Shown piece after piece: positions 58,658 through 64,000 of a stretch of 64,000 nt of DNA. The notes beneath the pieces were generated by a model that was not told where the DNA came from, searched no databases, and saw only the letters and a program-made list of their open reading frames with translations. This stretch comes from an uncultured Pseudomonadales bacterium. Lineage in GTDB: Bacteria > Pseudomonadota > Gammaproteobacteria > Pseudomonadales > UBA7434. Location of the stretch: the NCBI GenBank assembly GCA_964504585.1, contig CAZDEW010000004.1:4052-68051 (forward strand), given 5' to 3'. A program made the position numbers and the translations under genes. Each line of letters begins with the position of its first letter. Position 1 is the first letter of the stretch.

Positions 58658-60055
58658 TTAATGGTTCTCGGCGTTGCGGGCAATAATGCCTGCTGCCTGT
58701 TCTTCAAGGATCTGGATGATGCGCTTGGCTCGACCGTTAACGATGGTGTGTGCGAGCAGCGTTGGAATCGCCACAACCAGACCTAAAACGGTGGTGACAA
58801 GCGCGCTCGAAATACCGCCTGCCATCGTTTTCGGATCACCCGCACCAAAGATCGTGATCGCCTGGAACGTGATAATCATACCGGTAACCGTACCGAGCAG
58901 ACCCAGAAGCGGCGCCACTGCAGAAATGATCTTGATCAGTGTCAGCGAATTCTCAATGCTTGGTATCTCTTTAAGTACCGCTTCGTTCAGCTTCAGCTCT
59001 AGAGTCTCGTTGTCCATATTCGGGCTTTCCTCATGCACCGCGAGAACCCTTCCAAGCGGATTGTCAGTGCTGGCAGTACTGGACTTAAGCTGGGAATTAA
59101 CCTTGGCACCCACAAACATCAGGACGAAGAAACGCCACAGAGCGATTAGCATACCCACCACGCCGACAGCGGTGATCACGTATCCCACTAAGCGGCCCTG
59201 ATGCCAGCGATCGACCAGCGATGGGGTATCAATAAATGCATTGAGCAACGAACCACCTGAGGGGCCGGTTGGATCTGCGCCAAAACGATGCGCGCCGTCG
59301 CTAGCATTAGCTAGCTCCTGGGCCCAGGCCACAAACTTACCCTGCGGCTGCTTAGGCAATTCACTCAGCGCTGCAGTTCCATCAGCCTGCGCCTCGTACT
59401 TAAGGTAGTTGCCCTCTTGAGTCACCATGTTAAATGAACCGACTCGAACGACGGAGCCAGACACTGGATCACCCGCAGCGCTTGAGTACTCGGTGTCAAA
59501 GCTGACTATACGACCAGATTCTGCAATTTCACGCTGGAATTCAAACCAAAGCTGCTCGATCTCTTCAATCTCGGGCAGGCTAACCCCTTTGAGTTTATCG
59601 ATCAGGCCGGTGAGAAACTCCTGCCTATTCGGGTACTGCACGCTGACGAGTGAAACATCAACCGTGTCACGCAAGTCACCCGCCGCCGAGTTGATATGTC
59701 CGAAAAGTTCTTCGAGCTCGCCCTTGGCAACTTTGAGAGCCTGACGCTTCTCTTTGAGCTTTTCTTTATTGGCCTGAAATTCAAGCTCCAAACGCTCAGC
59801 CCGCGCTTTCTCCTGATTGCGAATATCGGTCGCGCTAGCGATCGCTTCGACCTGCGCTTCTTTATTGGCAATAAATTTAGCTTCACGCTCTTTAGCCAGG
59901 CGATCTTCACGCACCATGCCACGCTGAACAAGCTCTAGCAGGTCTTCCAGAGTTCTAGCGCCATCCTGCGCATGCGCTGGTGCCGTGACACCAACAGATA
60001 AGATGCCGGTAAAAAGAAGCGCCAGAGACGTTTTTAGGATAAATATCGACTTCAT
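58658..60055 (-). CDS. long MotA/TolQ/ExbB-family protein with large periplasmic N-domain (TtpC-like)
   Basis: 465 aa with a signal peptide, a coiled-coil region and a C-terminal ExbB-like channel (AVAPLLGLLGTVTGMIITFQAI). Confidence 0.8.
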   Translation of the reverse strand: MKSIFILKTSLALLFTGILSVGVTAPAHAQDGARTLEDLLELVQRGMVREDRLAKEREAKFIANKEAQVEAIASATDIRNQEKARAERLELEFQANKEKLKEKRQALKVAKGELEELFGHINSAAGDLRDTVDVSLVSVQYPNRQEFLTGLIDKLKGVSLPEIEEIEQLWFEFQREIAESGRIVSFDTEYSSAAGDPVSGSVVRVGSFNMVTQEGNYLKYEAQADGTAALSELPKQPQGKFVAWAQELANASDGAHRFGADPTGPSGGSLLNAFIDTPSLVDRWHQGRLVGYVITAVGVVGMLIALWRFFVLMFVGAKVNSQLKSSTASTDNPLGRVLAVHEESPNMDNETLELKLNEAVLKEIPSIENSLTLIKIISAVAPLLGLLGTVTGMIITFQAITIFGAGDPKTMAGGISSALVTTVLGLVVAIPTLLAHTIVNGRAKRIIQILEEQAAGIIARNAENH

Positions 60056-60855
60056 TTGGCAACCTCCGGGGCCTCAATGGGCAATTGCAAGATATCTTTT
60101 ACAGCCTGATTGCGAGCGATTCGAATACCTGTGTTGATATTGTCGCCCCACTCCCCGACATCCAGCGCTTCCCACTGGCGCGTGTCGTTGTTCCAACGAC
60201 CCACTTCTTCTCCGTTCTCTGTTTTGTAGAGCAGTGCAATTCTGCCAACCCTGAAAACATCGACCGCACGTTTCTGTCCGTCGCCATTAAAATCAATCGA
60301 TGCCTTGTAGGCTTCGATTTTTCTGCCGTACTCGTTTTCTATCTTGTAGGCCTCTAGCACCTGACGAAAATTCTCGCCCACCGCCTGGTTGCCTTTACCC
60401 AATCCTGCACGGATGCCGGCAATTCGATCCCTGCGCTCCTCGATAAGGAATGGCACGTCCAGCTCGACGAAATTTTCCAAACCGTCGATCATCTTTTGTA
60501 GCAGCAGCGGGATTTGCGTAGATACCCCGGCCACACCAACGATTGATTTATCGATCTCGGCCATCTCGTTGATCTGGTCCTGAATCTTGGTCTGCACCTG
60601 CGCGTTGTTAACTCGCAGCGCCTCGATTTCCTTGTTCAGCGCTTTGTACTGCTGAATAAGATCGACCGTCTCATCGGCGAGCGAATCAACTAGAACCTGA
60701 GATTCCTGTGCGGCGATCAGGCGGGCGTTACTGACTGCCAGCACATCCACGACCTGATCTGCATAGAGCGGGGAAAAGCTGCAAGCTGCAAGCGGAACTA
60801 CACTTAGCCGCAATGCGCCCTTGAGTTTTTGCTTCGTTTTCTTGGGTATCTTCAT
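60052..60855 (-). CDS. DUF3450-like periplasmic coiled-coil protein (TtpB-like), first gene of the TonB2-type operon
   Basis: 267 aa with a signal peptide and a long coiled coil. It has a 4-nt overlap with the next gene. Confidence 0.68.
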   Translation of the reverse strand: MKIPKKTKQKLKGALRLSVVPLAACSFSPLYADQVVDVLAVSNARLIAAQESQVLVDSLADETVDLIQQYKALNKEIEALRVNNAQVQTKIQDQINEMAEIDKSIVGVAGVSTQIPLLLQKMIDGLENFVELDVPFLIEERRDRIAGIRAGLGKGNQAVGENFRQVLEAYKIENEYGRKIEAYKASIDFNGDGQKRAVDVFRVGRIALLYKTENGEEVGRWNNDTRQWEALDVGEWGDNINTGIRIARNQAVKDILQLPIEAPEVAK

Positions 60856-60896
60856 GAGGTTCTAGAGCCGTTTTGATTCAAATTAACGTGTTCGAA

Positions 60897-60949
60897 TTGG
60901 TTGCTTTAAATTAGTTGCAGTAGCTTGGTTGCTTTAGTTTTGCTGTAGT
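60897..60949. repeat. imperfect ~26-28-bp direct repeat (TTGGTTGCTTTA + AT-rich tail, two copies)
   Basis: Read directly. TTGGTTGCTTTA occurs at 60897 and 60925, each followed by a related GTTGCAGTAGC / TTTGCTGTAGT segment. It lies 40-95 nt upstream of the operon's first gene. Confidence 0.7.
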
Positions 60950-61155
60950 TTTAATGTTAGCTGCTTGCCTTAAAGTTCAGTCATCTATATTCCGACGCCA
61001 CCGGCCGGGACAATCGACTGGGTTCAGCGATCTTTGGAGCCTTTTAAACCAAAGTATTTACCCGAGCTGCGCTGTCTCGCGGCGAGCCAGCATTTTCAGG
61101 CGGCAGATTCCCGCGAACTCTAATCACCCCGCTGCCACTCATGGCTTTCACGGGG

Positions 61156-61191
61156 CACTCACAGACTCCATGACACTCACAGATTCCATGA
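61156..61191. repeat. 18-bp tandem duplication CACTCACAGA(C/T)TCCATGA x2
   Basis: Read directly; there is one mismatch between the copies. Confidence 0.9.
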
Positions 61192-61531
61192 AAAGAAGCG
61201 GACGATCCGGCCAGAGCGATAAACTGTTTTTATCAAATTGAGTTTTGGGGCACGAATCATCAACCAGTGCTTTTCTAATCACCAGCAGGCGCTTGCCTCA
61301 CACGATCAGACAGCAATTTTCGCACCCAGTTACGAGTTATGCGCCCCCGCACCCCGTTCGTCGCACAATAATCAATTCCTTAACAATTAGCAACACCGAA
61401 GGGACAAGTCATCCACCACCCAAAAGTTATGCAACGAAGGCGTGTTATGTGCTTAAGGCGCACGCCTGCAAAGAGAAAATAGCGCAAACATTAACCAGTC
61501 CCATAAGCCCAATCCCAATGCCAGGCTTTCA

Positions 61532-62326
61532 CTAAACCGCGACGGGCGCCGCGATATGCGCGTCAGGGTGATAATCAACCAGCGTGAAGTCGTCGAACGT
61601 GAATGCAAACAGGTCTTTCACCGCGGGGTTTAGCTTCATGCTGGGCAGCGACTTGGGTTGGCGCTGCAATTGCAGGCGAACCTGGTCCAGATGGTTGATA
61701 TAGAGGTGTGCGTCACCCAGCGTATGGACAAAATCGCCCGGCTCGAGCTCCAGCACTTGTGCAATCATCATGGTTAACAGCGCATAGGAAGCGATATTAA
61801 AAGGCACACCCAGAAAAATGTCTGCGCTACGCTGATACAACTGACAGGATAACTTGCCATCCGCGACATAAAATTGAAACAGTGCATGGCAGGGTGGCAG
61901 AGCCATATTGTCGACATCGGCGACGTTCCAGGCACTGACTATATGCCTGCGAGAATCTGGCGTCTCTCTGAGACCCTGAAGCAATCTTGAAATCTGGTCG
62001 ATTTGCTCCCCGGATGCGCTGGGCCATGACCGCCACTGGTGGCCATAGACCGGTCCGAGATTACCCGCCTCATCAGCCCACTCGTCCCAGATTGAGACCC
62101 CATTCTGCTTGAGATAGGCGATATTGGTATCGCCAGTGAGGAACCAGAGCAGCTCATGGATGATCGATTTTAGGTGAAGCTTCTTGGTTGTGAGGCAAGG
62201 GAATCCCTGCCCAAGATCGAAGCGCATCTGGTAGCCAAAAACACTCAGCGTGCCTGTGCCTGTTCGGTCAGACTTTTCCTGACCGTGCTCAAGCACATGA
62301 CGCATTAAATCTAGATATTGCTGCAT
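61532..62326 (-). CDS. thyA: thymidylate synthase (ThyA type)
   Basis: 264 aa: [34 protein letters not shown]. Confidence 0.97.
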   Translation of the reverse strand: MQQYLDLMRHVLEHGQEKSDRTGTGTLSVFGYQMRFDLGQGFPCLTTKKLHLKSIIHELLWFLTGDTNIAYLKQNGVSIWDEWADEAGNLGPVYGHQWRSWPSASGEQIDQISRLLQGLRETPDSRRHIVSAWNVADVDNMALPPCHALFQFYVADGKLSCQLYQRSADIFLGVPFNIASYALLTMMIAQVLELEPGDFVHTLGDAHLYINHLDQVRLQLQRQPKSLPSMKLNPAVKDLFAFTFDDFTLVDYHPDAHIAAPVAV

Positions 62327-62351
62327 CTTATATTGAGAACGTTGTGTTGGA

Positions 62352-63251
62352 TTACTTCTTCTTTTTTTTGCGGCGAGTCCCGCGCTTTGCGGGCTTCACG
62401 CGAGCTTTCGCAGTAGGACTCCCCGCCGAAGCTTTGACACCGGGGTTTTCCGGGCTTGTGCCCAAGTCCTGGCTGGTGCCAGCGTTGCGATAAGCCAGAA
62501 CGACCATGATAACACCGGCGACGATCATTGGCATCGACAACAGCTGGCCACGCGTCACTAGATCGAACGCCAGAGTCGCATCGGGCTCGCGAAAAAATTC
62601 AACCACAAATCGAGCCGTTCCATACACCGCCAGGAAAACGCCGGTTATTGACCAGGCCGGCCGCGGTCGACGGGCAAACCAGTACACAATCGCAAAGAGC
62701 AGAACCCCTTCCAGAAAAGCCTGATAGAGCTGTGAAGGGTGGCGCGTCAAGCCCTGCGGATCAGTTGGAAAAACCATAGCCCAAGGCACATCGGACTGAC
62801 GCCCATAGAGCTCCGCATTAATAAAATTGGCTAGCCTGCCCAAACCCAGACCGATTGGCGCAAGAGGCGCGACAAAGTCGGCAAGCGCACCTAAAGGCAC
62901 CGAGAGCGCACGCGCGTACAGGATGAGGGCAAAAAATACGCCCAGCAAGCCACCGTGAAAGGCCATGCCGCCTTCCCAGATCCGAAACAGCCACAGTGGG
63001 TCTGCCGCGAAGCGCTCGAAGCCGTAAAAGAAAACATACCCAAGCCTTCCACCAAGCACAGCACCAAGCGCGCCATAAAAGATGAGGTCTTCGACCTGAC
63101 CGGCCTGCAAAGGTGCCCATGGCTTCCTGCACTGCCGCTTGCCAAGCCAGAATGCCGCAAGAAAACCCAGTAAATACATCATGCCGTACCAGCGAACGGC
63201 GACTGGCCCAATCGAAAATATCACTGGATCGATGCTTGGGTACTGAATCAT
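62352..63251 (-). CDS. lgt: prolipoprotein diacylglyceryl transferase
   Basis: 299 aa with [22 protein letters not shown] and [14 protein letters not shown] motifs. It carries a basic C-terminal extension ending RRKKKKK. The lgt-thyA pair is conserved. Confidence 0.95.
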   Translation of the reverse strand: MIQYPSIDPVIFSIGPVAVRWYGMMYLLGFLAAFWLGKRQCRKPWAPLQAGQVEDLIFYGALGAVLGGRLGYVFFYGFERFAADPLWLFRIWEGGMAFHGGLLGVFFALILYARALSVPLGALADFVAPLAPIGLGLGRLANFINAELYGRQSDVPWAMVFPTDPQGLTRHPSQLYQAFLEGVLLFAIVYWFARRPRPAWSITGVFLAVYGTARFVVEFFREPDATLAFDLVTRGQLLSMPMIVAGVIMVVLAYRNAGTSQDLGTSPENPGVKASAGSPTAKARVKPAKRGTRRKKKKK

Positions 63252-63309
63252 GATCGGGGAATTGTTCGGCTCGTGGTTTAGCGCAGCAAAATCTAGAGGT
63301 CTGCGCCCC

Positions 63310-64000
63310 TCAAAGCAGGGTGTAGAGCCTTAGTAGCGATGACAGCAGAGTGTAACTGGCAACCGTGAACAGTAACAGCGCGAAAAGTCGCGAAAGTAAT
63401 TGCGGGGAGAAAAACGCGGCCAATCTGGCGCCTAGAAAAGCTGCCGGCACGCTGGTCGCGACGATCGCAAAGAAAGCCGGTAGATAAACGAAGCCCCAGT
63501 TCACTCCAATCGGCACCTCGACTCCGCCAGTTTGCCCGAACCACCAATAGGAAAGCGCGCCAAACGCGGCGATCGGCAGACCACAGGCCGCCGATGTTCC
63601 CACCGCTTCGTGTACCGCGCGGTTGCAGTACTTCAGCCAGGGCACGGTCAGCGACCCACCACCAATACCAACAAATGACGATACCGCGCCGATGGTGACA
63701 CCGACACCTCTAATACCAGCCGTGCCCGGCAGCCCACCACGCGAAACTGGAAGCCATGCAAAACCCATCTGTAAGGCGACGAACGCGAAAAATAAACCAA
63801 TGAAAGGGGCGAGCCAAAGCGACGAAAACTGACTGGCTATCCAGCTACCTAAGGTCACACCAATCGCAAGAGGCAGAGCCAGTGCGCGCCACAGCGGCCA
63901 GTTGACATTGCCCTGCCGGTGATGCCCCCAAAGGGAACCCAGCGATGTGAATACGATGGTTGCAAAAGAAGTACCAACGGCCAGATGCGCCAGCGTTTTC
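63310..64000 (-). CDS. TauE/SafE (DUF81) family anion permease, 5' end off the right edge
   Basis: The polytopic membrane ORF continues in frame upstream of the track start. Manual translation of 63859-64000 gives KTLAHLAVGTSFATIVFTSLGSLWGHHRQGNVNWPLWRALALPLAIGV. It also has a Gly-rich helix (GIGGGSLTVP). Confidence 0.72.
   Translation of the reverse strand, partial: KTLAHLAVGTSFATIVFTSLGSLWGHHRQGNVNWPLWRALALPLAIGVTLGSWIASQFSSLWLAPFIGLFFAFVALQMGFAWLPVSRGGLPGTAGIRGVGVTIGAVSSFVGIGGGSLTVPWLKYCNRAVHEAVGTSAACGLPIAAFGALSYWWFGQTGGVEVPIGVNWGFVYLPAFFAIVATSVPAAFLGARLAAFFSPQLLSRLFALLLFTVASYTLLSSLLRLYTLL

Noticed and set aside
60874-60887. Fur-box-like sequence TGATTCAAATTAAC upstream of the TonB2-type operon
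   Set aside because: Only about 9 of 14 positions match the TGATAATCATTATC core, which is too weak to call in an AT-rich stretch.
60954-61535. Two + strand ORFs (95 and 96 aa) in the long gap between the TonB2-type operon and thyA
   Set aside because: They have no Shine-Dalgarno sequence. Their Ser/Pro/His/Arg-rich composition is unlike globular or membrane proteins, and one simply reads through the 18-bp tandem repeat. The region is treated as non-coding but flagged as a finding.

Overview
This is a 64-kb chromosomal window from a gammaproteobacterium. The backbone order aroK-pilQPONM | mrcA | rpmE | priA-argS-SPOR-hslVU-DUF971-ubiE-ubiJ-ubiB-hisI-hisE-tatABC matches the arrangement I remember from pseudomonads. 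I call 57 protein-coding genes and recognise no rRNA, tRNA, CRISPR, transposase or integrase. The blocks are: type IV pilus assembly (0.2-5.3 kb); housekeeping genes (5.7-22 kb); a secreted metzincin with a GlyGly-CTERM-like tail (21.9-23.7 kb); an LPS inner-core/lipid A locus (24.1-44.4 kb: gmhB, gmhA, msbA, GT9 heptosyltransferase, hldE, kdkA, waaA, lpxL); amino-acid metabolism plus an orphan GspE-family ATPase (44.6-55.3 kb); a six-gene TonB2-type operon (55.5-60.9 kb); and thyA-lgt with a TauE/SafE permease at the right edge. The outstanding feature is an ~11-kb, visibly AT-richer eight-gene module (27.3-38.4 kb) sitting inside the LPS locus next to msbA. It combines four parts. (1) A cytidylyltransferase-PEP mutase fusion, phosphonopyruvate decarboxylase and Fe-alcohol dehydrogenase, predicted to make CMP-activated 2-hydroxyethylphosphonate. 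(2) A HIT-TagD-like cytidylyltransferase fusion. (3) One LicD-like and two TagF-like phospho(no)transferases. (4) A single-polypeptide adenylation-carrier-alpha/beta-hydrolase enzyme. I interpret this as a candidate, to my knowledge uncharacterised, teichoic-acid-like phosphonate/polyol-phosphate plus acyl or aminoacyl decoration system for lipid A-core or another cytoplasmically assembled glycolipid. All family assignments come from motif recognition by eye; no database search, HMM scan or GC computation was possible. Several ORF-track starts were moved to better-supported internal start codons.
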